Source of the DNA: a virus
Lineage: Duplodnaviria; Caudoviricetes
Strand: one strand, 5' to 3'
IMG/VR virus record: IMGVR_UViG_2799112320_000001
Coordinates: 3,606-67,605 of that record
Length of the DNA stretch: 64,000 nt
The first letter of the stretch is position 1. Each line of letters begins with the position of its first letter. The position numbers and the translations under genes are program-made. Below the pieces are notes generated by a model, which was not told where the DNA came from, did not search any database, and worked only from the letters and a program-made list of their open reading frames with translations. Of the stretch, positions 1-9,803 are shown in pieces.

Positions 1-724
1 CAAAAGCAAATCCTGTAACAGACATCTTGAACTGAAACTCGGAATTAGTGGCACCTGTGGCAGTCACCCCCGTATCAATATACTGCGTCCCGGTGCTCTC
101 GATGTACTCCACTGACACGACGTCCGGCCCGAGCACGAAGTCTCCCGTGCCCGCGTTGCCGAACAGCGCGCCCGACACGCGGTCGTACAGATACCCGACT
201 TGGCCCACGCGAACGGGGATGAAGTCGCGGACGAGGGTCGCTCCCTCGTAAATCCGGAAGGCGTAGATACGCCCGCTTATATACCCCGAGTTGCGGTATC
301 TAACGCAGATGCAGATTTGCCCCGTATTTTGCGCGAACGATGTGTAGGACGGCGTGGCAACCGTTGTTCCGTCGATAACCACTCCGCCCTTGCTGAAATC
401 TAGCGTGAACACGCGCCCGACGGCGTTTGTCACGGGTACTGTACTCCAGCCCCTACCGCCGCCAAAAAGGTATTCGACGCGGCTGGAACTATAACTGTTG
501 AACACAAAACCGTTTGAACGCTCGGCGCTTCCAGCAATCGAGCCGCCGAACCAGTTTCTGTTGCCTGTGGAAATCGTCATCAAGGTCGCATTTACGCGGG
601 TGTTCTCGGTCGCGTAGACGCCAGTCTCTAGATACTGCGTCCCTGTGGATTCGATGTACTCCACCTTGGCGTCGTAGGGTAGCCGCTTCCTCGTCATCAG
701 CGCGTTGCGTAGGTTTATCAGCAT
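1..724 (-). CDS. Tail-associated protein with repeated VEYIESTGTQY(L/I)(E/D)TG domain, runs off the left edge
   Basis: Translated by hand (not in the ORF track): MLINLRNALMTRKRLPYDAKVEYIESTGTQYLETG...RDFIPVRVGQVGYLYDRVSGALFGNAGTG...VEYIESTGTQYIDTG. Open to position 1 and directly follows the 729..1244 gene. Confidence 0.8.
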   Translation of the reverse strand, partial: MLINLRNALMTRKRLPYDAKVEYIESTGTQYLETGVYATENTRVNATLMTISTGNRNWFGGSIAGSAERSNGFVFNSYSSSRVEYLFGGGRGWSTVPVTNAVGRVFTLDFSKGGVVIDGTTVATPSYTSFAQNTGQICICVRYRNSGYISGRIYAFRIYEGATLVRDFIPVRVGQVGYLYDRVSGALFGNAGTGDFVLGPDVVSVEYIESTGTQYIDTGVTATGATNSEFQFKMSVTGFAF

Positions 725-728
725 GGCG

Positions 729-1244
729 TCAGCCCTCCGTCGGGATGTTCGCAAGGAACGCGTCGATTTCCTCGCGGGTCTTGCCGAGAGCTTGCGCCGC
801 GCCGTCAAGAAGCGCGTTCCACGCCTCTGCTCCGCCGTAGCCCTCCTCGATGTAGTCGCAGTCCGTGAGGGCTTCCCACGCCGTGTAGCCCGTGGCGATT
901 TCGGTAGACGAGAGGAACTGCCGCGCCGCGTCGAGCATCTGCGCCTGCGCGAGCGCGGTCTTTATGGACAGGCGGCTCCACCTGCGCGGCGGGGGCGGAG
1001 GGTTGTCAACGAGAACGTAGACCCACTTGTAGCCGTCATCTCCGTTCGGCTCGATCTTGTCCGTGCGCTCGTAGTGCTTGCCCTCGGGCGGGTCTACGGG
1101 CCAGTCGGGGGAGAGCGGAAGGTAGCCAGCAATCTTGCAGTGGACCACCTTCGGGTTGTAGACCTTGCGCCCGTTGATTTCGAGGACGTCCGGCGCAAAC
1201 TCGGGCGTCATGTCCTCACGCGGCCTTACGAAATTCCTGTTCAT
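729..1244 (-). CDS. Hypothetical protein, possible tail-fibre assembly chaperone
   Basis: 171-aa ORF coupled to the tail fibre gene (1-nt overlap). Function inferred from position only. Confidence 0.6.
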   Translation of the reverse strand: MNRNFVRPREDMTPEFAPDVLEINGRKVYNPKVVHCKIAGYLPLSPDWPVDPPEGKHYERTDKIEPNGDDGYKWVYVLVDNPPPPPRRWSRLSIKTALAQAQMLDAARQFLSSTEIATGYTAWEALTDCDYIEEGYGGAEAWNALLDGAAQALGKTREEIDAFLANIPTEG

Positions 1245-4099
1245 TATGCTACCTCCTCGACCTGTTCACCCTTGACGACGAATACCCCCGGAGCGGTCTC
1301 CGAAAAGTAGAGAAGCGTCACACCCTTTGCCGTCGCCGTTCCGTCGGCAAGCGCGGGGATCGCGCCGTCGGCGTTTTCTAGCGTTATCGTCTCGCCACTC
1401 GGTGCAACGGGGACGAGCGCGGGAGCCGTAAGCGCGGCGTCGCCAGTGCCGATCTCCACGCGAAGCCCGAAGTCGCGCACCTTGCCGCTTGTCGCGGCGG
1501 GGAACGTGATGCGCAGTTCGTCGAGCGGGGTCGCCGCAGTAACCTGCACGATGTTCGCCGTGCGGTTGGCAAGCGTCGCCGCGCCGTAGTAGACCGTCTC
1601 GCCCTCGACGGTTTCCGAGGACGCTGTGTTGATTACGATTGGGGTGCCGAGGGAGTAGTGAAGGTCGGCGGCTCTCGCCACGTCCTGCACCGCGATGCCG
1701 CTGTCATCCAGTGTTGTGCCATCGTCGCCAATCCCAAACGCGGCAAGATTGCCGGGGGTTATGAGCAGTGGCGGTTTTATAAGCTTGGTTGTACCCCAGC
1801 ACGAGGCGTTCCACGTTCCGCCGGTAGTCTGGACAATGCAAGTGTACACCTTGCCGTTGTAGGTGCAGTGGTCGCCCACGGCGTATATCCTAGCCGCCGA
1901 CTCCGAGAACGCGGGCGCGGCGGAGGTCGCGTCGAGCTTGCCCGCGAACCGGCTCGCGCACCAGTCGTATAGCGACGAAAAGCCCGTCGGGAGCGCGGCG
2001 AGCGCACCCCAGATCGCCGACCAGATGCCGCCGCTCTTCACGGGGTTGTTGCTCCCCGCCGTCGGGGTGTTGTCGAAGGTCAGCACATCCTGCTTGCCCT
2101 GCCGCAGCGCCTCCGCCTCCGCCTCGCTCGCCAATATATGGTCCGTATCACTGCCGAGCTGGTAGCCGGGGAGAGCCGTGCGGGTGGCGGAAACTTGATC
2201 TCCTGTGTCGCTGATGTAAAACGACAGGCTTGTCGCGGATTTGTCGGGACTCCCGTCGGCCTTCGCTGGTTCACTCGCAGGCTGGTTCACATACCACCCC
2301 GGGCCTCCGAGCGCATGCCATTCGTCGTCTGTCCAGAAGGGCTGGCCTAGCTCCCAAGGTACATCGTTGAACACGACCTCGCTCGGCGTCAGAGTCCACT
2401 CGCTGAACCCGCGCTCCGTGAGCGTCGCGTCCGCCTTCGTCGCAAGCGTATCCGTCCCCGCCGTCGCCCTCTTCTCCACCACTACCCCAGCAAGCTCGGG
2501 ATAGCCGGAGCTACCCTCTGCCGTGAACTGCGTCGCCGCGTTCGCCGCCGCCTCCGTATCGTACATCTCCTCGGATGCGCTCATCGCCGAGCCGTCGCCG
2601 GAGATGAACCACTTGTACTTCATGCCGGACGCCGAGATATAGGCCCCCACGGCGACACCGATCGTGAGCGACGGATACAGGGCCTGTACCACGGACAGAT
2701 CCCACGCCGCCGCCCCGTCGTACACCTTAAGGTCGGTCTTGTCGCGCTTCCCCGCTATCTTGGAATCCACCACCGCCACCGTTGCGGCATTGTCCACCTT
2801 CGCCTTGTCCGCGTCCGTGTAGTCGTTGGTCGAGAGCCCCTTGCCCGCCTCCTTCTGCACGAACCGCGCGTCCACCGCCATCTTGTCGTAGTAGTTTGCA
2901 GGATTGAAGATGTCGGTGAGGGGGATGCTTATCGGCTGCTTGCCTGCTTCCGTGTTGAAGGTTATGACGAGATTCCCGTCGTCAATCTCCACGTTATCCA
3001 CCATCCCGTCTATCGCAAACCGCGCCATGTTCACTTGCGCAACAACGGTATCGCCGTGCTTGAGGTACAGGATGTTTTTGTGGTCGCCCGTGCCCAATGC
3101 CGCGCCATCAACAAATTGCATCACCGCCGCGGGATCCAGTTTGGCGTTCCAATTCAGACGGTCCTGCTTGGACACATGGATCGGATTGCCGGCAACCTCG
3201 GTCGCGCCCGACGCATGACTCCGGAGCAGTCCGACGGCGGTTTCTATGTCGTCGGCGTTTTTCGCTATGCGCTCGGCATTCCGCCCCACCAGATCAGACA
3301 CTGCGTTTACCGCCGCACCCGTAGACGCCGCGTCGGCAGCACGTCCGTCCTCAACTTCTTCTTGGGTCAGCGGATCCACCGGAGGCTGTATTGAGTCACG
3401 GGCCTCCTCTGCGGCCGTAGCAGCGGCGGAGGCATTACTTGCAGAGGAGGCTGCTGCGCTTGCAGAGTTCGCGGCAAGGCCCGCCGAGCCCGCTGCTGCA
3501 TTCGCGCTTCCGGTAGCTGTCGCAGCCGCATCCGTTGCTACGGTCTTTGCGGACTGCGCCTGCGCGACGATCCCCGATGCCTCGTCAACCGCTTCCTCTA
3601 TTGCGGTCTGCGCCGCCGCTATCGCGTCCTTCGCTTCCTGGACAAAGTCCGGGTAGTCGTCAAGGCTGTACGGCTCGTCCGCCGGACGCATCTTGGGCCA
3701 CGGCTCCACACGAAACTCGCCGGCGCCGTACATCGTATGGTTCACGGGATCGTCCAGTATGCAGAGGCATTCGCCGCCGCAGCGAAGGAGCTTTTCCGCC
3801 GGGATGGAGTTGAGGTTCAGTTCGCACGCGGCATCGGAAGGATCTTCCGGGTCTTCACTCCACTCATCCGTCGGTTCGGACGGATCCGCATCCGGCTGTT
3901 CCGGCCTGGGGAACATGGCGACCGTGTGCCCGCCGAAAAGCACTCGCAGACGAAGCGTCTGGCCTTCCGCGTCTTCGCCTGGCTGTATCCACTCCGCGCC
4001 GCCAATCACCCTGACGGACACATGCTCCCCCGCAGCAACCGTGCCGACGAGCTTCAGTCTCTTCTTGCCGTAGTCGGGTATTATCGTAAGTGCCGTCAT
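1244..4099 (-). CDS. Tail fibre / receptor-binding protein
   Basis: 951 aa with Ala/Ser-rich coiled segment, GLSTNDYTDADKAK and KQDVLTFDNTPTAGSNNPVKSGG motifs typical of phage fibres; lies in the structural operon. Confidence 0.75.
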   Translation of the reverse strand: MTALTIIPDYGKKRLKLVGTVAAGEHVSVRVIGGAEWIQPGEDAEGQTLRLRVLFGGHTVAMFPRPEQPDADPSEPTDEWSEDPEDPSDAACELNLNSIPAEKLLRCGGECLCILDDPVNHTMYGAGEFRVEPWPKMRPADEPYSLDDYPDFVQEAKDAIAAAQTAIEEAVDEASGIVAQAQSAKTVATDAAATATGSANAAAGSAGLAANSASAAASSASNASAAATAAEEARDSIQPPVDPLTQEEVEDGRAADAASTGAAVNAVSDLVGRNAERIAKNADDIETAVGLLRSHASGATEVAGNPIHVSKQDRLNWNAKLDPAAVMQFVDGAALGTGDHKNILYLKHGDTVVAQVNMARFAIDGMVDNVEIDDGNLVITFNTEAGKQPISIPLTDIFNPANYYDKMAVDARFVQKEAGKGLSTNDYTDADKAKVDNAATVAVVDSKIAGKRDKTDLKVYDGAAAWDLSVVQALYPSLTIGVAVGAYISASGMKYKWFISGDGSAMSASEEMYDTEAAANAATQFTAEGSSGYPELAGVVVEKRATAGTDTLATKADATLTERGFSEWTLTPSEVVFNDVPWELGQPFWTDDEWHALGGPGWYVNQPASEPAKADGSPDKSATSLSFYISDTGDQVSATRTALPGYQLGSDTDHILASEAEAEALRQGKQDVLTFDNTPTAGSNNPVKSGGIWSAIWGALAALPTGFSSLYDWCASRFAGKLDATSAAPAFSESAARIYAVGDHCTYNGKVYTCIVQTTGGTWNASCWGTTKLIKPPLLITPGNLAAFGIGDDGTTLDDSGIAVQDVARAADLHYSLGTPIVINTASSETVEGETVYYGAATLANRTANIVQVTAATPLDELRITFPAATSGKVRDFGLRVEIGTGDAALTAPALVPVAPSGETITLENADGAIPALADGTATAKGVTLLYFSETAPGVFVVKGEQVEEVA

Positions 4100-4116
4100 G
4101 TAAATCCTCCCGTCTG

Positions 4117-4560
4117 CTATGCTGTCGGCGCATTAGCCGCGCCACTGTTTTTCGCCTTGGCCGCCTTGATCACGTCCGCACGCTCTATTTCCGTCTGCGC
4201 GTTGCGTATCTCCCCGACGACAAGCGCAAGATCAGACGCGTGGAAAAGCAGATCCACGGGGCCCTCCGGCCTGATGAGAACGTCAATCTTCATCGGCTCC
4301 TTTTCGAGTGCCTTGGAAAAGCCCTGGACGAAAAGGTCAAACGCGGCGTCGTCGTTCGCGGCGTTCAGAAGTGGACCGACTATCGGGGCAAGCTCCGGCT
4401 TCACGTTCACAAGCGCGGTTTCGGCAAGTGCCGGGTTTGCCTCCGCGGCATACACCGCGCCAAGGCCCATGAGTTTCTTTGGCGACATGGCGGGAAATCT
4501 CGGACAGACCTCTTTCCCGTACCATCTTGCTATGCCCTTCACGATCGCCGCTCTAGTCAT
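4117..4560 (-). CDS. Hypothetical protein
   Basis: 147-aa ORF with GAGGAG RBS, co-oriented in the late operon. Confidence 0.7.
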   Translation of the reverse strand: MTRAAIVKGIARWYGKEVCPRFPAMSPKKLMGLGAVYAAEANPALAETALVNVKPELAPIVGPLLNAANDDAAFDLFVQGFSKALEKEPMKIDVLIRPEGPVDLLFHASDLALVVGEIRNAQTEIERADVIKAAKAKNSGAANAPTA

Positions 4561-4661
4561 TGTATTTCTCCTCTTGCTTTAGGTTTGTGGAATCGTCCGG
4601 GTCAAGCCCCCGACACAGGGGCAAGAGGCTTGGCCCGGACGTGAGCCACAAGCCCGGGCAA

Positions 4662-5309
4662 TTACGAGCCGGAGGCGGCCGGCGCCTTTGCGGACTGCGC
4701 GGCCTGAATCTGCGCGTAGACCGCCTGCGAAGGCGCGAAGGTCTGCGGCGTGATGTAGGTGCCGAGCATGTTGCCGAGCGTAGCCTTGAGGTTCGCGTTC
4801 TCCGCCTTGAGCGTCGCGACGTCCGCGGCGGTCTGCGTGTCGATAAGCTCCTGGCGCTGACGCCACTCGACAAGGGTCTTCACAACGCCGTCGATCTTGT
4901 TGTCAGTGTAGATCTGGGCCTTGAGCTGGCCGTTCTCCCCCTGGAGCGCGCCATTCTCGCGGACAAGCGAAAGCTCGCGCTGCGTGACGAAATCGTCATG
5001 GCAGTGGTGGTCGTTGCCAAAGAGGCCGCCGTTGCGCCCGAGAAGCCCGAGCCCGACAAGTCCGAGCGCGGTAGCGCCGAGAGCCGTGCCCGTGGCGGCA
5101 AGTCCGCGCCCCGCGCCGACGTTGATGTTGCCGCCGAAGCCGCGCATGATGTCGCCGATGCCTCCGCCGAAACCGTAACCGCCGTATGCAGGAACCGCAA
5201 CAGGATAGCCGTAGCCACCCCATCCGCCGCCCCACGGTCCGTTCCAGCCATTGTTGTTGGGGTACTGGTTGATTGTGGTCGATCCCTCAGTTGTCTTTTC
5301 TTCTGTCAT
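4662..5309 (-). CDS. Gly-rich hypothetical protein with hydrophobic segment and coiled coil
   Basis: 215 aa, GAAAGGA RBS, GGWGGYGYP low-complexity region and ALGLVGLGLLG segment. Confidence 0.75.
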   Translation of the reverse strand: MTEEKTTEGSTTINQYPNNNGWNGPWGGGWGGYGYPVAVPAYGGYGFGGGIGDIMRGFGGNINVGAGRGLAATGTALGATALGLVGLGLLGRNGGLFGNDHHCHDDFVTQRELSLVRENGALQGENGQLKAQIYTDNKIDGVVKTLVEWRQRQELIDTQTAADVATLKAENANLKATLGNMLGTYITPQTFAPSQAVYAQIQAAQSAKAPAASGS

Positions 5310-5385
5310 GGTCTTGTTCCTTTCCGTGCATTTGCATTTCTGTTACTGCTTGCTTCCCCGCGCCCACCCTGGACACGGGAAATCG

Positions 5386-5901
5386 CTAGTCCATGTCGTC
5401 CTCCTCCACCGAACGCGCGGCTTCCCTGGCGACATCCTCGGTCTCCTTCTCGCAGCATCCCCAACGGCAGTCTATCGCCGCGATGATGGCCTCCGCCGCA
5501 TCGTCATACGAACGGTTGCGCATAATGAAAGACAGGGCCTTCTTGAGGGATTCCTTGTCGCCGTTCACCTTCATGCCACCGGAAAGGCGCGTCAGGTCTT
5601 CGCCGGCCTCCCTCTTGGTGCTCTCGTACTTCTCGCGCTTTGCCTTGTGGGCGGCGCGCTTGCGCTCCTTCATTGCCTTGATCTGCTTGGACGCGCCATT
5701 GGAGTCATTTTCCTCGCCGCCCGGCTGCATCTGCCGGGACACCATCGGAGGCATTCCGCTGCCCTGCACGTTCCCCTGCATTTCCCAGGTGCGGTTCACG
5801 CCGCTGCCGTTCATCATGCTGGTGTTCGTGTTGCCGATCTGCATGCCGGAGCGCACCATGTCGCTGGCACCGCTCTGCCCCATGTTCTGATCTATAGCCA
5901 T
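5386..5901 (-). CDS. Met/Gly-rich hypothetical protein
   Basis: 171 aa, GAAAGGA RBS. Confidence 0.7.
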   Translation of the reverse strand: MAIDQNMGQSGASDMVRSGMQIGNTNTSMMNGSGVNRTWEMQGNVQGSGMPPMVSRQMQPGGEENDSNGASKQIKAMKERKRAAHKAKREKYESTKREAGEDLTRLSGGMKVNGDKESLKKALSFIMRNRSYDDAAEAIIAAIDCRWGCCEKETEDVAREAARSVEEDDMD

Positions 5902-5965
5902 TTCAGCTTTCCTTTCCGGGCGTTTGCCCTGTTGTTTCCCCCTCGGCGCACGCCTCGGGAAATCG

Positions 5966-6730
5966 TCATACCATAGTCGTCAAATCGAGCGCAAATCCAC
6001 GTCCTGGATTTGCAGCAGGGCCCCCTTCCATGCCGCGCTGCCGTGCTTCCGAAAGCGCGTTCGTGTAGGCTATGCCGTGCTGACGGGCCTGCTCTGGATC
6101 GCTCCAGGGCCTATTGGACATCGAGAAAAGCCGCACAAGGGCGCCGTCTACAATCGCGTCTCCGTAGCGCTGCAGGAACGCCTTGGGGGCCCGCTCCTCG
6201 TTCATGTGAGGCACCTCTACGGCTTCGACCCACAGGCATTCCGGCATCGGACGGGGCGGTTCGGTGTCGTCTGGGCTCGCTGGGAGCGTGCCGACATTAA
6301 CGCGAACCTGGACAAGATTCGGATCGTCTCTACCGACAAAGAAATCGTGAGCCGTAAGATGCGGCAGCGATAGCATCGGGGGAACGCCTCCGAAACGCCA
6401 TCCACGCACATTCCTGTGCCAGCCCGGTCCGGCGAGAACAACCTGCGTCACGCTGTCTACCTCGCCGGAAAGTACCGGGGAAACGGCACATCCGAAGTTG
6501 GCATACGGGAAACCGCACCTAAAAAGCCCGGCGACCTCGTCGCGCGGCATCTCCATTCGGCGCCACGTCCTGAGAGCCGCGCTGCGCTTGCAGAAGTCGC
6601 GGTAGGACGCCTGAAGCATCTTTCGGACGAGAATGTCGTCGCAGTCGCGGAGAAGATAGACCATGTTCTCCGCAAGCGACGGCACGGAGTCGAACTCCGG
6701 CCTCTCCCATTCTGTCTCGAAGAAGCCCAT
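5966..6730 (-). CDS. Head-tail adaptor / tail tubular-type protein
   Basis: Start moved to MGFFETEW (ATG 6730). DAIVDGALVRLFSMSNRPWSD motif resembles podovirus adaptor proteins. Lies downstream of the capsid genes. Confidence 0.55.
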   Translation of the reverse strand: MGFFETEWERPEFDSVPSLAENMVYLLRDCDDILVRKMLQASYRDFCKRSAALRTWRRMEMPRDEVAGLFRCGFPYANFGCAVSPVLSGEVDSVTQVVLAGPGWHRNVRGWRFGGVPPMLSLPHLTAHDFFVGRDDPNLVQVRVNVGTLPASPDDTEPPRPMPECLWVEAVEVPHMNEERAPKAFLQRYGDAIVDGALVRLFSMSNRPWSDPEQARQHGIAYTNALSEARQRGMEGGPAANPGRGFALDLTTMV

Positions 6731-6731
6731 C

Positions 6732-7169
6732 TTAGACGACCACCTTCGGCTTGGCTGCGGCAGGCTTCGCGGGATGCGACAGTCCACCCACGTTCGTGTT
6801 GTCTTCGCCCGAAGCCCCGCCGGCGTCGATGCGGTTCAGCTCCACAAACGAGACGCTGGGGTTTATGGGCTTCGGCTTGCCGTCGTTGCCGACGCCTGTC
6901 ACGTCGCTGTCGCTGCTGCCCTTCAGATCGAACTTCGCCTTGCGGACGTTCAGCCTGTCGCGCAGAAGGTCGTACTGCGACCAGTCGAAATCGGGGTCGT
7001 TGTTGCGCTTGGCGCGGACGGCGTTCGCAACAACCTTCCAGGTCAGCTTGCCGCTCTTGATCGCAGCGTGGATTTCGTCGTCGATCTCCACGTAGTTGAC
7101 GTTGGTGCCGACAGCCTCGGAATTGAACACAATCCTGCCGTCGTTCAGGTTCATCGCGTATCTGCTCAT
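6732..7169 (-). CDS. Hypothetical virion-module protein
   Basis: Start at MSRYAMN (ATG 7169) after an AAAGGAAA RBS. Confidence 0.65.
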   Translation of the reverse strand: MSRYAMNLNDGRIVFNSEAVGTNVNYVEIDDEIHAAIKSGKLTWKVVANAVRAKRNNDPDFDWSQYDLLRDRLNVRKAKFDLKGSSDSDVTGVGNDGKPKPINPSVSFVELNRIDAGGASGEDNTNVGGLSHPAKPAAAKPKVVV

Positions 7170-7247
7170 TGCATGTTTCCTTTGTTTACTGTGGATAGGT
7201 GCATGGCGCGGAGGAGGAACCACCCGCCCTCCGCGCCACACACGGGG

Positions 7248-7805
7248 CTAGCCGCGGCGAACCGCGGTAAGCTGGTACGGATCCAGGCCCGCGACGTTCG
7301 TCTGGGTCTGGGCGATCTCGCGATAGGCGGGCGCCTCGATGTTGTCGAGGCTGTCGCCGTAGGGCGTGTAGCCGTAGACAACGAGGTTCACCTCGCCCTT
7401 CGGGAACGTGGCGCCGCTCGTGGCGGTGGCCGCCATGTAGACGAGGTCGCCTTCGTTGAGGACGACCGCCGTCGAGAGCTGGGCCGCGCCGCGCGCCTTC
7501 ACGCTGCCGCCTACGGACGTGGCCGAAAGGACGGTCTTGTCCGCGGTGGAGTCGGCAGAGTCGGCAACCTTGAGGGCGATGGTGCCCGGGGTGCAGAACT
7601 CGGTCTCCTCGATGAATGCGCCGGTCACGACAAACGCCTTCGGAAGCCCGAAGAGCGCGTAGGCCGCGCCGCTTGCGGCTTCGAACGCGGCGAAGTTCAC
7701 CTTGCGCTTGATGCCGACGAGGCCCGGATGGAACATCACGGGATCGCCGGCGCCCGGCGCGCCGAACTTCGTCTTGTTAACGGTTGTGGGGGTTTCTCCT
7801 GCCAT
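7248..7805 (-). CDS. Capsid decoration / cement protein
   Basis: 185-aa beta-rich Ala/Gly/Thr protein directly after the major capsid gene. Confidence 0.55.
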   Translation of the reverse strand: MAGETPTTVNKTKFGAPGAGDPVMFHPGLVGIKRKVNFAAFEAASGAAYALFGLPKAFVVTGAFIEETEFCTPGTIALKVADSADSTADKTVLSATSVGGSVKARGAAQLSTAVVLNEGDLVYMAATATSGATFPKGEVNLVVYGYTPYGDSLDNIEAPAYREIAQTQTNVAGLDPYQLTAVRRG

Positions 7806-7823
7806 TTTTTCACGCTCCTTTCA

Positions 7824-8843
7824 TTAGGCGATCTTCACGTAGCCGACGCCGAAGCGCTCGGGGTACTGGAGGAACCAGTCGTACACCAGCTTGGAGCGCG
7901 CGAAGGTGCCCCAGTAGTCGATGTCCGTGAGCTGGCGCTCGTCCACCATCATGTCCTCGGTGTACATGATCGCGCTCTTGTCGAGGAAGTACACCGGATA
8001 GACCGGGTTGCCGTTGGCGTCGGAGAACACCGGAAGCGCGTTCGTGACATACACGTCCGCCCCAGAGATCTTCCCGAGCGAATACACGTCGCCGCGAATG
8101 ACGCTCTTGGCGTCGCCCATGCCGTCCGCCTTGCCGAAGCGCTCATCGGCCTGAAGCGCGTCCGCCACCATGACGGGGCACACGATCTTCAGTCCAGCAA
8201 GAGTGCTCGCTCCCTTGAACTGGCGCAGCGAGTTGACGCCGCGCTGGAAGTAGCGCAGGGAGGATGCGACGTACGGATTGGTGCTCGCGTTGTAGGCGGC
8301 GTCGGCTGCAGCCTTCGACTCGTAGAGCACGACAGGTGCATCGGCCGCTCCGAGCTGGACGCTCTTCGATATGAAGCCCGCCGTGTTGCCCGTGTTGAAC
8401 GACGCCACCTTGAGGATGATGTCGTTCAGCAGCTCCGTCTCCTTGTCGTCGTTCATCGCGCTGATGGCTTCCTGCGTAATAGGAGCCTCGACGTCGAACG
8501 CGGAGTACCGCTTGTCCTCCAGCTCGAAGTAAAGTCCCCACGCACGCTCGCGCCCCTTGATGTAGCGCTCGTACGAAGACTTGGGGAGCTGGTACTTGGC
8601 CTTGTCGCCCGGCTTGGTGGCATACGTCTCGATGATGGGAAGCACGGGGATCATGGCCTCCGTGGAGCCCTTCTCGAAGTATATGTCGCCGCTCGTGGTG
8701 ATCTCGGGGAGAAGCGACTTGTCGCGAAGGCGCTTCTTGAACTGCCTGGCAATCGTAGTGTGCCGGGTGCCAGGGAAGGATATCTTCTGCCCTTCCACGA
8801 ACCCGGGCGCATTGTAGCCGAGGGTATTGATAAGTATTGGCAT
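7824..8843 (-). CDS. Major capsid protein
   Basis: ~339 aa from MPILINT (GAAAGGA RBS); follows portal and scaffold; C-terminal RSKLVYDWFLQYPERFGVGYVK is capsid-like. Confidence 0.75.
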   Translation of the reverse strand: MPILINTLGYNAPGFVEGQKISFPGTRHTTIARQFKKRLRDKSLLPEITTSGDIYFEKGSTEAMIPVLPIIETYATKPGDKAKYQLPKSSYERYIKGRERAWGLYFELEDKRYSAFDVEAPITQEAISAMNDDKETELLNDIILKVASFNTGNTAGFISKSVQLGAADAPVVLYESKAAADAAYNASTNPYVASSLRYFQRGVNSLRQFKGASTLAGLKIVCPVMVADALQADERFGKADGMGDAKSVIRGDVYSLGKISGADVYVTNALPVFSDANGNPVYPVYFLDKSAIMYTEDMMVDERQLTDIDYWGTFARSKLVYDWFLQYPERFGVGYVKIA

Positions 8844-8892
8844 TTTGCCGTTCCTTTCCGTCAATCGACCCGGAGAGGACGGACGCGGTCGA

Positions 8893-9711
8893 TTACTTCA
8901 CGCGCCCTTCCTTCTGGGCCCTTTCAACTTCGTCCGACAACCGCTTCATCCCCTCCTTGTCGCCGCGGGCGCGAAGAACCTCAATCTCGTCGTAGAGCTT
9001 GTCGATCTCGTCCCACGTATAGACTTTTCCGGGAGTCAGGGCCACGGACATTCCGCCGCCGGTTGCGCTGGGGTCGGGTGCGGCTGCCCCCGTACCGCCA
9101 GAAGGAGCGGCTATTCCAAGCTTGGTTGCGAAGAACTGCTGGATATGCCACGAAAGAACGTCGAAGTCGCCAGTCCTAACCGCCACGTTTATCGACGCGG
9201 CGTTAGGGCGCTGGTAGTCCACCCATGCGGCGTGGTACTTTCCCGCCTCGGATACGGCGTTGGCAAGGAAGCCGGGGAACTCCTGCTCGATCCGCGCCCC
9301 GAACTGCTGCCGGGTCACGGCGGCATTGCGCTGATCGCGCTCCGCCATCTGGGCCTTGAGCTGCGCAAGCTCGGCGTCGCGCGCCGCCATGGCCGCCTCC
9401 ACCGTCTTCTGCGCAATGAGGGAAGTGCCCTTTGCGACAGACTCCGGCATGTCGTTCCTGATGTCTTCGGGCAGGGCGCTAAGCGCCTCCTGTGCCCTAC
9501 CAGAGGCAGACAGCTCGGCGATCTTCGCCTCGAGCGCCTTCTTCTCTTCGTCCAGCTTCTTCACGCGCCCCTGTTCGACCTGTGCCGAGGCGAACTTGCG
9601 TTCCATCTCCTCGTACTTGGCCTTCCAGTCGGTCGTGTCGCCGCCGGCGTTACCCGTCGGAGACCCCTCGCCCGCGAGCGCGTCCATTGCCTTTTTCATT
9701 TCGTCGTTCAT
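8893..9711 (-). CDS. Capsid scaffolding protein
   Basis: Acidic coiled-coil protein (DWKAKYEEME...) ending in EVERAQKEGRVK, immediately upstream of the capsid gene. Confidence 0.75.
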   Translation of the reverse strand: MNDEMKKAMDALAGEGSPTGNAGGDTTDWKAKYEEMERKFASAQVEQGRVKKLDEEKKALEAKIAELSASGRAQEALSALPEDIRNDMPESVAKGTSLIAQKTVEAAMAARDAELAQLKAQMAERDQRNAAVTRQQFGARIEQEFPGFLANAVSEAGKYHAAWVDYQRPNAASINVAVRTGDFDVLSWHIQQFFATKLGIAAPSGGTGAAAPDPSATGGGMSVALTPGKVYTWDEIDKLYDEIEVLRARGDKEGMKRLSDEVERAQKEGRVK

Positions 9712-9803
9712 TTTCCTTTGCTCCTCATCAAGCCCCTTGCCACAGGGGAGTTGGTGTTGCCTCGCCGAGCCTCAAAACGGGAGGAATCGACGGACGGAAT
9801 CGC

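Noticed and set aside
6663-9179. 838-aa plus-strand ORF
   Set aside because: Antisense shadow across capsid-module genes that have clear RBSs on the minus strand
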